From positions 32,001-96,000 of the forward strand of contig CAWDYC010000011.1 in assembly GCA_963806535.1 (NCBI GenBank): DNA of 64,000 nucleotides, read 5' to 3'. Under the pieces are notes generated by a model. The model searched no databases. It was given only the letters and a program-made list of their open reading frames with translations, and had not been told where the DNA came from. This DNA comes from Candidatus Bathyarchaeota archaeon. Lineage in GTDB: Archaea > Thermoproteota > Bathyarchaeia > Bathyarchaeales > Bathycorpusculaceae. Shown here piece after piece: positions 1-12,695 of the stretch. The position numbers and the translations under genes were made by a program. Position 1 is the stretch's first letter; each line of letters opens with the position of its first letter.

Positions 1-273
1 CAACTCGGTATTCCTCTACGATTCAAGTCACAACATTATTGGAGCATACTCGTTTTCAGGTGGTTCAATATCGATGCATTAAAACCAATTAATTCAGCGG
101 TGCCGTCACCGACACCAATTTCAAGTCTGAATGTTGGAAAAGAAGCATACTTCACATCACATTGGGAACGAACGCATCAGGAAACAACATCTCTCTAACA
201 TCTGGTTCAATTTACACTATTCATCTAATAACTAAAAGCGGGAGCGCTTTTGACTATGAATTTTACACCATAA
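1..273 (+). CDS. 3' end of a probable archaeal pilin-like protein (partial, frame-broken)
   Basis: Reads ...SGSIYTIHLITKSGSAFDYE; removing one T at 261-264 gives EFTP-stop at 271-273. 'I.LITKSG' resembles C-termini of archaeal pilins; lies directly before a class III signal-peptide gene. Confidence 0.5.
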
Positions 274-3200
274 TCTTCAAAGAAACAAGAAGGGAATCGG
301 TACAGTATTCGGAATGGTATTTTTCCTACTTATAGTCATGGTTGTTTTTGCAAGCTTTGTGATTGTTCTTAATCAAAACACTGGCCTCGAACAGACGACA
401 ATCAAGGCAAAACAAATGGATTTAGATCGCTACACGGAACTCACAACCGTATCAATCAGCTAACCCTGAAATAGCTGTGTTAAACAGTGTAGTTTACATA
501 AGCTGCACAATTACAAACAATGGCACGCTTCCCACTGAATTGGTGCGATTATGGATTAAAGACATAACAACAGACACAGTTGGCAACACAATAATGACTC
601 CATCAATTATCCTTCAACCAGGCAGCAGTATTCAATATTTCAACTTCACTCATGTTGCAAATGCAGGGTCTTCTGACCAGTTTAGCTTTTGGTTTATAAC
701 AACCAGAGGAAACACAATTTCAGCTTATCCAAACACTAATCAATTTAATGGTATAACACAAGTTGGAACTTTCCCAGGAGTAACTGCTATCAACTCTACT
801 TACCAAACTGACCAAAATAACCCCTTGCAGTTATCTCTTAACACAACTAAGCCCAATCAACTAATTTATGTGGTTGTGTCATACGATGATGGCAATACCT
901 TATACACTCCTACCTCAACTCCTAGCCTGACTTGGACTCTGAGAGGTCACATCTTCAGCTACAGATCAAATATAGCTGGGGACAGCATTTTGAAAACCTT
1001 TTATGCCATTAAGCCTTCAACTGGTCCGATAACAATCAACATTCAATCAACTGCTGATGAATTAAGCGATTACTATTGTTCGGCATTAGCATTCGCAATT
1101 AGTGATGTCAACACTACTTCCCCATTTGATGGTTCAGCACAAACTTCTATAGGCCAATCTACCATGCCGCAAGATACAATCAATACTCATTACTCAAATG
1201 AGCTTATAATAGGCGCCCTAGGAATCGACGATCTTAACCCTGCAATAACACCCGGAGCAGGTTTCGGACAAATTATGCCTGTGCAGAGTTCGTACGGAGC
1301 CTCAGGAGAACCTAACGCTATGCCCAGATCAGTATGGAGTGAATGGGATATAATGGCGGCTCCAAGAACCAACTTGCCGGTAAATTGCACTTTTCCTTTT
1401 ACCGAAGATTGGGCTATAATTGTAGATGCTGTCAAATTGGTTGTGATACCTCCAACTGCTCCTGTGAGTCTTTCCCCTACTAGTGGTCCAATTGGTCAGC
1501 CAGTTACGGTTTCTGGGCAGGGTTTTGCAGCCAACTCTCCGCTTATAGCTACATTTGATGGCTCACAAATTCCTTTCAGCTTCACAACTGATGGCTCAGG
1601 CAATATTCCGCCCAGCGCTATCTTCACTGTTCCACAAGGTTCAACAGCAGGCATCAAAAACGTTACTATCATTGACAGCAAATTCAATTATGCTTCAGCT
1701 AATTTCACAGTTACAACTCCTAACATAACTGTGACTCCCCAGTGGCCCAGTTGGAACTACTGTCACGGTAACAGGTTCAAACTTTATTGACTAATTCAAC
1801 TATAACCATCAACTTTGACGGAAATCCAATAGCAACCTCCCCGTCACCTTTAGCTGCGGATGCAACTGGGCGCATTCTCGGCAACTTTTAATTTGAATTT
1901 TAATGAAACAGCAGGAGTTAAAACAGGTTTTGGCAAGTGATGGCATCAATTCTGCCTTTAACACTTTCACTGTTTCTCCTTCAATTACTTTGAACCCGAC
2001 CACTGGTAACATAGGTTCATCCGTTATTGTGACTGGCACAGGTTTTGCCGCTTCTCAACCGGTAACCCTCACGTTTGCTAGTTCAACAGTCGTTACAGTT
2101 CCTGCCAATATCAACACGGATGGCTTTGGCTTTTTCAGCGCTTCTTTCACCATTCCAACAGGTCAAACAGCCGGACGCAAAAACGGTTACCGCGGTTGAT
2201 TATCTCTCAAACACTGCTAATGCCGTATTCACAGTAGCCCCCTCTATCACTCTTAACCCAAACACCGGTAATGCTGGTTCATCCGTTACTGTTTCTGGTT
2301 CAGGTTTCGCAGCTGCAAAGACTCTAACTGCTACATACGCGGGATCATCAGTGACACTCAGCGGCACAACAATCACGGATGCAACTGGCTCATTCTCCGG
2401 CGCGATTTTTATCGTACCAACCACAACAACAGGAGGAGCTCAAACGGTCACAATCAAAGACGCTAACTCAAACACTGGAAGCGGCGCGTTCACCGTAAAC
2501 ACTCTATCTCAGAGTATATCAGTTTCCATGAGCAATTCCGCTCCAACGTCAACAGTGACGATCAACGGCGGTAGCCCTGCGCCTAATCAGTTCGCAGCCG
2601 ACGGGACAACACACAATATTCTGATGGTTGCAGGCGACACATTCACTTTGTCATTCTCAAACAGCGGCAACATTAGAAACGGCTTTATCGTATCAAATGC
2701 CTTCTCAGCAATCTCGTCTTCTTACACGGCTTCAACAAACCCGTTATCGTTAACCGCATTGGAACAAGTTCAGAATACTTTTTCCGCAACAATAATTGGC
2801 GGCAATCCGCCTAATGGCGACTTTGTAGTTCTAACAGGCACATATTTGAGTGTTCCAGGGACTCAACTCGCACCATCTATTAGTGTTGGGGGGCATTCTT
2901 CGGCCAGCAGCCTCGTTTGGAGCGATTATAATACGCCAGTTACTTTTCCAGCATCTACGGCAATAAGCGGAGGCACTGGTTATACAAATGAGCGCTGGAC
3001 CATTGGAAGTGCATCCTCAACCACAGCTTTGACCACAGGTGGAGGCACATATTCTAAGACCTATTATCATCAATTCTTCCAAACATTAAGCTACTCAGTT
3101 TTTGGTGTCGGTTTTCCAACAGCTCCCTCTGCATCAGGCACAACCCTTGGTGTGGCATACGTACCTTCTTTAACTAATTCTCCGACAGGTTACTGGTTTG

Positions 3201-5030
3201 ACACTTCAGGGTCGATCACATTTACCACTTCTGCAGGAGGAATCGGCGAACAGTGGACTCCGGTTCCTGGCGAGTATTTCCGCATCAACTCTGCAAACTC
3301 AGATTGTTAGCATGCATCATCAATATCAAGTTAGCTTTAGCCAGACTGGCATTGATAGTTCAGCTGGAACCAGAACGGTCCTAACGATTGGTTCAACAAA
3401 CTACGCTTACAATACTTTGCCTACCAATGCTTGGGTTGACAATGGCGCGATTTTCAGCTGGATGTCTCCTATTTCAGGTGGCGCAAATAAGCAGTTTGTA
3501 AATACAGGAAGTTCAGGCGCTTCGCCTATATCGGGTGCAGGACCTTACTCTGCTACTTATAATGCCCAGTATCAGCACACAATAACCAGCTCGCCAGGTA
3601 CTGGAAGCGGATACATCACAGTAGATGGAGTTGCCCAATCAACGCCTTACACAACGCCATGGTGGGATAGTGGTTCAACTCACACAATTGCCGCGAGTTC
3701 AACCGTAAGCATAGTTACTGGGCAAAGACAATACCAGTACCTAAGCTGGAGCGACGGAGGAGCACAATCACACACTGTGTCCCCAACCGTACTTACAACT
3801 TACACTGCTAACTACCAACAGCAATACTATTTTGCAGTTTCATCCACAAATGACAGCCCAACCGGATCTGGTTGGTATCCCGCGGGAACTATTATCGCGT
3901 CAACTGTAACAACTCCTGTTTCTGGAGGAACTGGAATCCAATACGTAACTACGGGCTGGACGGGTACAGGCAGTTTAAGTTCAGGTGGAACAACTGGCTC
4001 AAGTAGCACAGGATCGTTTACTATAAATGCTTACACAACTTGCACATGGAATTGGAAGACTCAGTATCACGTAACTTTCGCTGCTTCGAACTTGGGATCT
4101 GTTGCGCCTACTACAAGAGTGTTGAATGTCGGCGGCTCCGATGTCCTGTTTAGTCAACTTCCCTACACAAATTGGTTTGACAGCGGGACCTCCTACAGTT
4201 ATTACTCTGCGGTTGCAGGTTCAGTCTCTGGAACACAGTTTACTTTGACAGGTACTTCTCCCGTCTCACCAATTAGTGGAACTACTGGAACCACAGTAAC
4301 TGGAACTTACAAGACTCAGTATCAGTATACAGTAACTTCTGCCGCCGGCACTACTGGCGGACAAACTACTGGCTACTATGACGCAGGAACAAGCATCACT
4401 TCTTCAATCTCCGCAACAGTAAACATTGCAGGCCCACCAGTAATCAGCTACACTACTATGGGATTTACAGGAACTGGAAATGCACCATCAAGCGGCTCAA
4501 CGACAACAGTCAGCTTCACCTTAAACCAGCCATCATCGGTCACATGGCACTGGAACGGTCAAATGACATTAATCCCCGATGCAAGTCTAAATGAAGGCAT
4601 TGCAAGCGAAAACCCCAATGGGTCTGATCATTCGGTTGATGTATCAGACAGCAGCGATAGCACATACGTATATGTTAGTTCAAACAGCGGCACTTACTCC
4701 GATTCATACTCACTTCAATCAGTCGGCTCAATGTCAGGTACAATCAGCAGCGTTACTCAATCCATGCGCATATACGTATCATCAACAACAAGTGGTTCTT
4801 ATGCAACAACCTCACTCACGCTCGGAGGCAACACAGTAACAAGTAATCAATTCACGCCGGCTTCGACGAATACATTTACTACTCATTCAGATACTTTCAC
4901 AAGACCTGGAGGCGGATCTTGGACAATGGCCGATCTAAATAACCTTCAAAGCGGACTAACTCTACACCGTACATCTGGCACAACTATTAGATGCTCTGAA
5001 GTTTGGATAGTGGTTAACTTTAGTACATGA
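256..5030 (+). CDS. Giant pilin-headed adhesin / minor pilin with Ig-like (IPT/TIG) and Listeria-Bacteroides-type repeats; split by about 6 frameshifts
   Basis: ATG at 256 leads (after a 1-nt fix) to NKKG|IGTVFGMVFFLLIVMVV, a class III prepilin signal. ORFs 477..1790, 1903..2199, 2075..3310 and 3198..5030 overlap and continue each other: repeated ITLNPxxGxxGSSVxVxGxGF units, then QYxxxVxS...GSGWY units. No C-terminal TM anchor. Confidence 0.75.
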
Positions 5031-5223
5031 TTCCAAATCCAAATTTTTTCTTTTTGGACACTTCTAACAACGCAATTAATGAAGATTAAGAAAAAGGAGA
5101 CAAAAACTTGAAATCAAATAGAAGAACAAAATCATCCTTAATTGTCGTTATGGCAAACTCAAAAACCTTGTATCGATTACCCAATTTTACATGGTTTATA
5201 TTGACTCTTAAGGAATTAATCGT

Positions 5224-6860
5224 GTGGTCGCTAACTTGAAGATCTGGAAACGTGAAAAAAAATCTGAGCAATCACAATTACCAACAGAAAATGCTTCAGT
5301 TATAGATGAGGATACACCTGGTCCTGCTGTGGAAACTCACACAGATGCTGCTGGGGGTTCAGAAGTTCCTGAAACATTCAAAGAGCATTATCCTCTTTTG
5401 CTTCCTTTTTCGTATGCAGCAATTGTTGAAGACGAAAAAAACGAAGTAAAATATTCACTTCTTGAGCCAACGTTAACAGAATTAGATAAACAAATGCTTA
5501 GACTGAGCTTAAAAATATTCTTTGGGATGAACTTTCAATTAACACAAAAAGTTTCAAAAATGGAGCAGGAAGCAGAAGAATTCTTAAAATATAAAATTTT
5601 GGATACAGCAATAAAATATCGCATAAATGTGGACGCCAACACACTGGGCAAATATCAGTATTACATCACCCGAGATTTCTTAGGTTTTGGAAAAATAGAT
5701 GGAATAATGAGAGACGAAAACATTGAAGACGTCTCCTGCGATGGCATTAACTCGCCAGTGTTTGTTTGGCACCGCAAATATGAATCCATACCCTCAAACG
5801 TAATATTTGAAACTCATCAGGAACTGGAAAACTTTGTTTTCAAACTTGCCTATCTTTGTGGCAGACACATCTCCATCGCGCAACCAATCCTTGACGGAAC
5901 ATTAACTGATGGCAGCCGAGCCCAAGTAACATATGGAACAGAAGTAACACCTAAAGGCAGCACCTTCACAATTAGAAAATTCAAAAAAACCCCTCTCACC
6001 ATCACCGACTTAATAATTTACAAGGCACTGTCACCCGAAATCGCAGCTTATTACTGGTTCTTAATAGAAAACAGACACTCAGTCATGATCGGCGGCGACA
6101 TCGGTGGAGGAAAAACCTCAATGCTCAACGCCATCAGCCTATTCATTAGACCAACACTAAAAATAGTAAGCATAGAAGACACACAAGAAATACGTTTACC
6201 TCATCAAAACTGGGAAATGATGGTTACAAGACAAGGCTTAGGCACAGGCGCAGGAGCAGTAGGTGAAGCAGGAATTGGCAGCATCAGCATGTTCGACCTA
6301 CTCCGAGCAGCCCTAAGACAAAGACCAGACTTCATCATCGTAGGCGAAATCCGAGGCGAAGAAGCCTACGCACTATTCCAAGCCATGGCAACAGGACACT
6401 TAGGCTTAACAACCATACACGCAGAACATGTACAAGGTGTCCTACACCGACTAACAACAAAACCAATGAACATTCCCCAAACCCAAGTAGAAAACCTAAA
6501 CGCTATCTCAATCGTCCGAAGACTAGTCGTAAACAACGTCTCTCTAAGAAGAACAATAAGCGTATCTGAAATGGTCGGTTGGGACAAAGAAAAAAACGAC
6601 TTCAAAATCCAAGACATATTCAGATGGGACGCAGAAAAAGACATCTACGTTAAGGTAGCAAGAAGCCCACTTACTAGATAGAATAGCAGCTCAATGGGGA
6701 TACTCACAAGAAGAAATAGATCAAGAACTACAAATGAGACAAACAATTCTCGAGTACATGGTTAGAAAACACATACGCTCCTACGAAGACGTCTCCAAAC
6801 TGGTGCTTAGATTACTTCTCTGACCCACAACAAATATACCGAAAAGCAAAAGTGAGCTAA
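5224..6860 (+). CDS. Type II/IV secretion (archaeal pilus) ATPase, FlaI/PilB/VirB11 family; C-terminus frameshifted near 6680
   Basis: Walker A GDIGGGKT, Asp box SIEDTQE, Walker B RPDFIIVGEIRG, His box ATGH..TTIHA. Continuation in another frame ends at TAA 6858-6860. Confidence 0.92.
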
Positions 6861-6862
6861 GA

Positions 6863-7747
6863 ATGAAATTTGAACCCTGGGCAACAGCATACAATCTGCT
6901 TAACAAGAAATTAGAAAAAATATACCCGCAATTTCAAGAGCTCCATATTCAACTCAAAAAAGGCGGCGTACTGATAGCATTCAAGGCTTACATTGCCTTC
7001 ATGGTGCTAATTTCAATAATTGCTTTTGCAGCCGCAATCCCCATATCATTTATCCTCTTGCCACTTTTAACTGGTATTCCATTTCTGTCAGTAATGAATT
7101 TCTTATTTAGCTTTAGTTATTGCAGCATCAGCAGCAATGATAACTTTAATGATAATGTACCTTTATCCAGGAATGAAAGCAAGCAGCAGAAAAGGACCAA
7201 TAGACAGAAATCTTGCCTTACATAACCAACTTTCTAACTCTTCTCTCAAGCTCAAATGTTCCACCAAGCATTATTTTCGAGTCAATGGCCAAAGATTGAT
7301 ACTCTCAAAGAAGTACGCTTGGAATTTAGCAATATTATAAGAGACATAGAACTCTTTGGCAATGACCTTATGAGTTCAATCGTTGACAACGCCAAACTAA
7401 CACCCAATGATCAACTCGGCGAAATTCTCGAAGGTTACGTTGCAACAGTAAGAACAGGAGGAAACCCAACAGAATATCTAAAAATTACAACAGAAACAGT
7501 AACAAAAGAGCGAATGGGCAAACTAGACATGATGCTGGAATCACTTTCAGCCATGGCAGAAATCTACATTATGATGCTAGTCGCTGCTCCATTGCTTTTC
7601 ATCGTTCTTTTCGTTACATTAGGCATGATAGGCAGCGGCTCAATTGGAGGCATGAGCATGTCACTGGTTCTTTACCTGCTGACCTACCTTGGAATCCCAA
7701 TAATGGGTGCAATAATGATGGTTATAATGTCAACATTCGAAAAGTGA
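6863..7747 (+). CDS. TadC/FlaJ-like (T2SS F family) pilus membrane platform protein, frameshifted
   Basis: ORFs 6863..7225, 7137..7340 and 7256..7747 join; EFSNIIRDIELFGNDL..TP....EILEGYVATVRTGG motif and C-terminal TM helices; follows the ATPase. Confidence 0.85.
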
Positions 7748-7754
7748 GAGCTAA

Positions 7755-8585
7755 ATGAGAATAACCAAAAAAACAATAAAAAGAATATCAATCATTTCTG
7801 CATGCAGCAGCAATAATCTTCTTCATTTCCGCATTATTTTTCTATCTTTTGTCTCCAACATTAGACTATATGATGGTAATAGCTCTAGCAATAGGTGTCG
7901 CTACCTCCAGGCATCGCAAGCATCATACACAATAGATGGAAAACTAAAATTGAAAAAGCAACCCCTGAATTTCTAAGAGACTTAGCTACTGCATCAAGAA
8001 CAGGAATACCCTTACAAGTAGCCTTAGAACATGCTTCCAAACGAGTCTATGGCCCACTAACATATGAACTAAAAATATTAGTAGCACACATGAGTTGGGG
8101 CATGAACTTTAATGAAGCTCTAATAGAATTTAGCAGACAGAATAGATTTGCCTCTAATCAAAAAAGCAACCGTCCTGATAAATGAAGCAGGAAAACACGG
8201 AGGAGACTTATCAGACATCTTTGACTCAACAGCAAAATACCTTGAAAACATCAATGCATGGACCGAAAAAAGAAGACAACAAACAACACCCTACGTTCTA
8301 ATATTCTACTTCTCAGTCTTCATGTTCTTATTCATAATCATAATCATTTCAAACATGATGTTCGCTCCCCTAAGCCAAACAGCAGCAGGACAAGTATCTT
8401 TCATTAAGCCAATAATATCACAAGCAGCATCAAGACGACTATTTCTCCATGCCGCTTTAATAGAATCACTATTCGGAGGATTAATCGCAGGAAAAATCAA
8501 CGAAGATTCATTTGCTGACGGATTAAAACACGTAGCTGTTTTAGCAGTTGCTTCAGGATTAGCATTCTATCTGTTCCTCCATTAA
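7755..8585 (+). CDS. Second TadC/TadB-like (T2SS F family) membrane protein, frameshifted
   Basis: ORFs 7755.., 7895..8185 and 8148..8585 join; PEFLRDLA...G.PL..AL, YGPLT.EL, SWG, GLIAGKI motifs. Confidence 0.85.
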
Positions 8586-8644
8586 ACAAAACGATATAAG
8601 TATAAATGAGAAACATAAACCGAAAATAGGAAGTTGCTGAGACA

Positions 8645-9845
8645 ATGAAGAAAAGTCAAGAACAAAAAGCAGAGATTAAAAAAACCAGCGGAGCAGCCAA
8701 ACAATATTCTTCAGACAAGAAAGAATCAATTAATACTATTGATGTTGAAGACAAAATAGAACTTGAAAGAAGAGAAGCATACATTGAGCCCAAAACACGC
8801 GACCTCCTAAGAAAACTGCTTCAGGATGGAGATAGAAGAAGAAATAATTCCTATTTACGCTCCAGGTTTAGGATTTGTTTATCAAGTAACAAGTAGCAAC
8901 ATCAGGTAAAAACGAAACAGATCAGATCTCAAAAGATTGTTTAGAAAATCTCGCTCAACTAGACATACTTCAAAAAAGCTTCTTTGATTCAGTATCAGCA
9001 TGCCCAAATTGCAAATCAACAATCATGACTCTGCATAATCGATGCCCAAAATGCAAAAGCCACAACGTTGAAAAAACAAGCTTAACCGAACATATTCCAT
9101 GCGGATACATCGACCAAAGAGACAAATACATAAATGATCGCTGTCCAAAATGCGGAGAATCCCTTGATTGAAGGCCAATACAGAAACATGGGACGTTGGT
9201 ATGTATGTCAAGAATGCGGCGAAAAATTTGAAAATCCAGAATTTGACCTAATTTGTCGCAACTGCAACAAAAACTTCACAATAAAAGAAGCGCATGTAAC
9301 AGAAATACCAAAATTCTCATTAAACTTGAATCGAAAGAAAGAAATAAGACAAAACGTTGCAAGCCTAGAAGATATCAGAATACTTCTAACTGACTTAGGC
9401 TTCAGCATTGAAATACCTGGATTAACAGTTGGACAAAAAAGCGGAATGCAACATCACTTTAGCCTTATAGCTAAAAAACAGATCAGTAGCGGACAAGAAA
9501 TCGTTATAGCTCTTGATCATGCAGTAAGCGAATCAGAAGTTCAAACTTCACCGCTAATACTGTACCTTTACAAAACTTCAGAAGTAAAAGTTGATATTCC
9601 AATATTTGTCGCGATACCAGAGCTTAAGTGAAACAGCAAAGAAAATAGCCCAAGGTCATGACATTCTTTTAATTGAAGGATCAACCGAGCAAGCTCAAGC
9701 AATAAACAAAATCAAAAATGCAATCAATGAAAGGATGATCAAAATAGACCAAAAAATAGTCGATGAATCCAAAAATCAACAACCAGAAATCAAACCAGAA
9801 ACAAAATCCTTCTTCGGCAAATTACGAGGAGTAAAAAAACCCTGA
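8645..9845 (+). CDS. TackOD1-like multi-Cys metal-binding protein with a C-terminal restriction-endonuclease-like domain, frameshifted
   Basis: Across frames: CPNC...CPKC...EHIPCG...CPKC...CQEC...CRNC, then GQKSGMQHHFSLIA; resembles the TACK output domain TackOD1. Confidence 0.65.
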
Positions 9846-9914
9846 CTTAAAGATATCCGTAGGGACAAACTCTTGAAATGTATCAATTAGGAAATCAGCC
9901 TATTTCCAAAGTAC

Positions 9915-10292
9915 TTAGTTTTGATTAACGCTAAGGTTTTTTGCTTTTAGCTCTACCTGTTTCGTTGCTGGAATAATGGATTTTAACTCAGCATTATATT
10001 CGGTCATCAAATATTGTCCTTTCCTTGTAATTCGGTATTGTCTTCGGGCTCTCCCTAAGGTGAAATCCCAGCTTGACGCTACGAGTCCCTGCTTCTCCAA
10101 ATTTCTGAGCTCAGGATATATGGTTGAAGGACCCAATCGTATGCCGAACTTTTTGTTCAATGAACTGTATATTGCATAGCCATGTAGGCCGCGTTCGGAG
10201 TTCTCATTTATCAGGTTGAGTAGAATGCTTTCGAGGAGGGCTCCGTGGAAAATTTTTTTATACATAATTTTTTGCTCCTTTCGAGAGTTCAA
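9915..10292 (-). CDS. PadR-family transcriptional regulator
   Basis: HGYAI...GPSTIYPELRNLEKQGLV...RRQYRITRKG. Confidence 0.88.
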   Translation of the reverse strand: MNSRKEQKIMYKKIFHGALLESILLNLINENSERGLHGYAIYSSLNKKFGIRLGPSTIYPELRNLEKQGLVASSWDFTLGRARRQYRITRKGQYLMTEYNAELKSIIPATKQVELKAKNLSVNQN

Positions 10293-10580
10293 AAATCTTG
10301 ATTAAGATGTATTAAGAATAAAGACTGAAGATATATAAGATTGTGTAGTAGTTATGGCGCTACAACATCCAAAAAAGCGTCTCGTTTCTGATGCGTTTGA
10401 ATTTCTTTATGATTGTACATGGTTGGAACACTTCAAGTCAATAGTGAATCAAACGGGGGCCTCAAAACATTATTTTTTAGTACCATAATCTTGTTAACTA
10501 TTCCGGAAACGAAATATTCCACTATCGAAATACGCCTTAAAAAGCAAAAGCGCTAAGTTCAACTTAGGAAATAGGACGAT

Positions 10581-11150
10581 ATGGCAGAAAACCCCGGCTC
10601 GAAAGATAAATCATTAGAGACTTTAGATTTCATAATCAATGTTCTGAAAGAACATGAAATAAATTTGGACAAGACGATTGATGATTTGTCAAGAGTTATC
10701 GAGCAAATAAGGGACACTACAGCCGGATTAAAAGGTAAAGTTGAAGAATCTGAAGAAAAAATAAACAACTTACAAAAAGAAGTGGCAAATCTAATTGGCT
10801 TCTTGTCAAGCGCACCCAAGAAAGCCTTACCTGCCGAGACAAACCAGCAGGAGCCTAAGAATCAAGCAGCGTCAGTCGTGGCTTCAACAGCTATTCAAGG
10901 AAAGCCTACTTTGATTTTGCGATGTAACAATTGGAGCGATTTTCAGGATTTGGCAATGCATGCACAAAAGTTGTCTTTTAGCTATAAAGAGGACGAAAAG
11001 GTTTTCCAAGCTCACGCGATCACTGGAAATCAAATGATCACGTATGAAGGAGCACTTCCAAACTTCTCGATAATTCTTAAAAAATGGCTTTCTGGACAAT
11101 TAAACATTAATGATCAGGATATTTTGGAAGTCTCCTTGGATAAGCCCTAA
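10581..11150 (+). CDS. Hypothetical protein with N-terminal coiled coil
   Basis: 189-aa ORF with a good start context; heptad-rich LDFIINVLKEHE..LD. Confidence 0.6.
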   Translation: MAENPGSKDKSLETLDFIINVLKEHEINLDKTIDDLSRVIEQIRDTTAGLKGKVEESEEKINNLQKEVANLIGFLSSAPKKALPAETNQQEPKNQAASVVASTAIQGKPTLILRCNNWSDFQDLAMHAQKLSFSYKEDEKVFQAHAITGNQMITYEGALPNFSIILKKWLSGQLNINDQDILEVSLDKP

Positions 11151-11323
11151 AACGATTATACCTGGATTTCATAATATTTTAGTAGCAAAGTTTTGACTTT
11201 GAAATACTAAACCAATTTAGATTTCGAATTTGGCGATGAAAAATTGAGAAAGCTGCTTCTGTTGACGTATTTTGAGATTTTCTTCGCGTGTGTGCACTTG
11301 GATTTGAGTCGATGATTTGAGTT

Positions 11324-11767
11324 CTAGATTGTTATTTCTTTGACTCGTGTTTCAATGAATTCGGCTACTTTTTGTTCACAAAAAGTCTTTTCCTCTTCTT
11401 GGAGGTGCAATTGTTCTTTTACTGTATCAAGCAGTTTCTCAACATTCACAGGCTTGATAAGATATGCGTCTGCATTTTTGTTTACGGCTGTGATTGCATT
11501 TTGCATTGATGGATAACCAGTTACCATGATTTTTCGAGTTCGTGGAACATTGTCTTTGATCAATTTCAGCAGTTCTACGCCTTCCATGTCTGGCAATCGA
11601 ATATCTAAAAGTGCAATGTTGTATGTTTTTTCTTGAGTCATTTCGATGGCTTCATTTCCATCGACGGCCAAGTCTACGTTGTATCCTTCGTCTTCAAGTA
11701 TAGCTTTCATGGTTTTTCTTATATTTTCGTCGTCATCAACTATTATGATTCTTGCTTGTTTTTCCAC
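11324..11767 (-). CDS. Stand-alone response regulator receiver (REC)
   Basis: IIIVDDD, LLDIRLPDMEG (phospho-Asp), TG, YLIKP. Confidence 0.92.
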   Translation of the reverse strand: MEKQARIIIVDDDENIRKTMKAILEDEGYNVDLAVDGNEAIEMTQEKTYNIALLDIRLPDMEGVELLKLIKDNVPRTRKIMVTGYPSMQNAITAVNKNADAYLIKPVNVEKLLDTVKEQLHLQEEEKTFCEQKVAEFIETRVKEITI

Positions 11768-11793
11768 ATTTATTCACCTTTGATTTTTTTTTC

Positions 11794-12354
11794 TTAATTA
11801 CTGGGAACTTCTGTTTTTTTGAGTGGTTCAGTATTTTTGTTGGAGTTACAATATTCTTCGCGTGTTTTTTGGACGTACTCTGTAAATGACATGTCATCTA
11901 TTATCCAGTTGGATAAAGCCAATTCGGACCCATTAGTTTCAACATTGATCTTTATTTTTGAATAGAGATTTTTCATAAATTTAATTTCAAGACGACTTGC
12001 GCCTAACCCAAAGATTTTGTGCATGATGTTTGTGAATTCATCGATTTGATCAGGTATTTCATTTTTCGGGATGTTGAAATTGTTTTCTAACTGAAAATAT
12101 ACTGCATTTTTAACTGGCTCACCCAATGATGTTAGAGCTTCGTCAACTGCTTGAATTAAATATTCGTTAAACTTTTCTCGGGCTGAACAATTTGGAGTTT
12201 GCTCCTCATTGTTTTGGTCTGCTTTTTCTGAATTAAACAAGTTTATTTCTAGTAAATCTGGTTTTTGGGTTGAGAGTGAACTTGGATCTGACATGTTATT
12301 TGTGCCTCTTTGGCTTCCCGTTTCTTTTTTTTCGAAGACGGTTAGTTTTGGCAT
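11794..12354 (-). CDS. NitrOD5/DUF3227-like signalling output-domain protein
   Basis: AVDEALTSLGE...IP..I.EF....KIFG.GA..LE pattern typical of these TACK domains; co-oriented with the REC gene. Confidence 0.55.
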   Translation of the reverse strand: MPKLTVFEKKETGSQRGTNNMSDPSSLSTQKPDLLEINLFNSEKADQNNEEQTPNCSAREKFNEYLIQAVDEALTSLGEPVKNAVYFQLENNFNIPKNEIPDQIDEFTNIMHKIFGLGASRLEIKFMKNLYSKIKINVETNGSELALSNWIIDDMSFTEYVQKTREEYCNSNKNTEPLKKTEVPSN

Positions 12355-12695
12355 TTTTTTTCCTTCAATTGCTTTTAGTTGTTAATCTTTTTTGTGTAAA
12401 GTATTGAACTTTGTAATATACTGAAAAATGGGCTATCTTGTATATAAACATTTAAGATATAATATACCTATTTGAAATACATGCTTTGAAAAAATCTTGG
12501 AATAACTTCAAAATAAGCAGCCCTGATATTTGCAAAATTCAATTAGTTGATCAGTGTTATTTGTATCGTAATTTATCATATATAAGATTTCGAAATATCC
12601 CTTTTATTGCGTAAATGGAAACATAAAGATAGAAAAATGAAAGATATGAAAGACGCCTAACTTAAAGCGCCATATATGAAAGGAGAAAAAAAATC

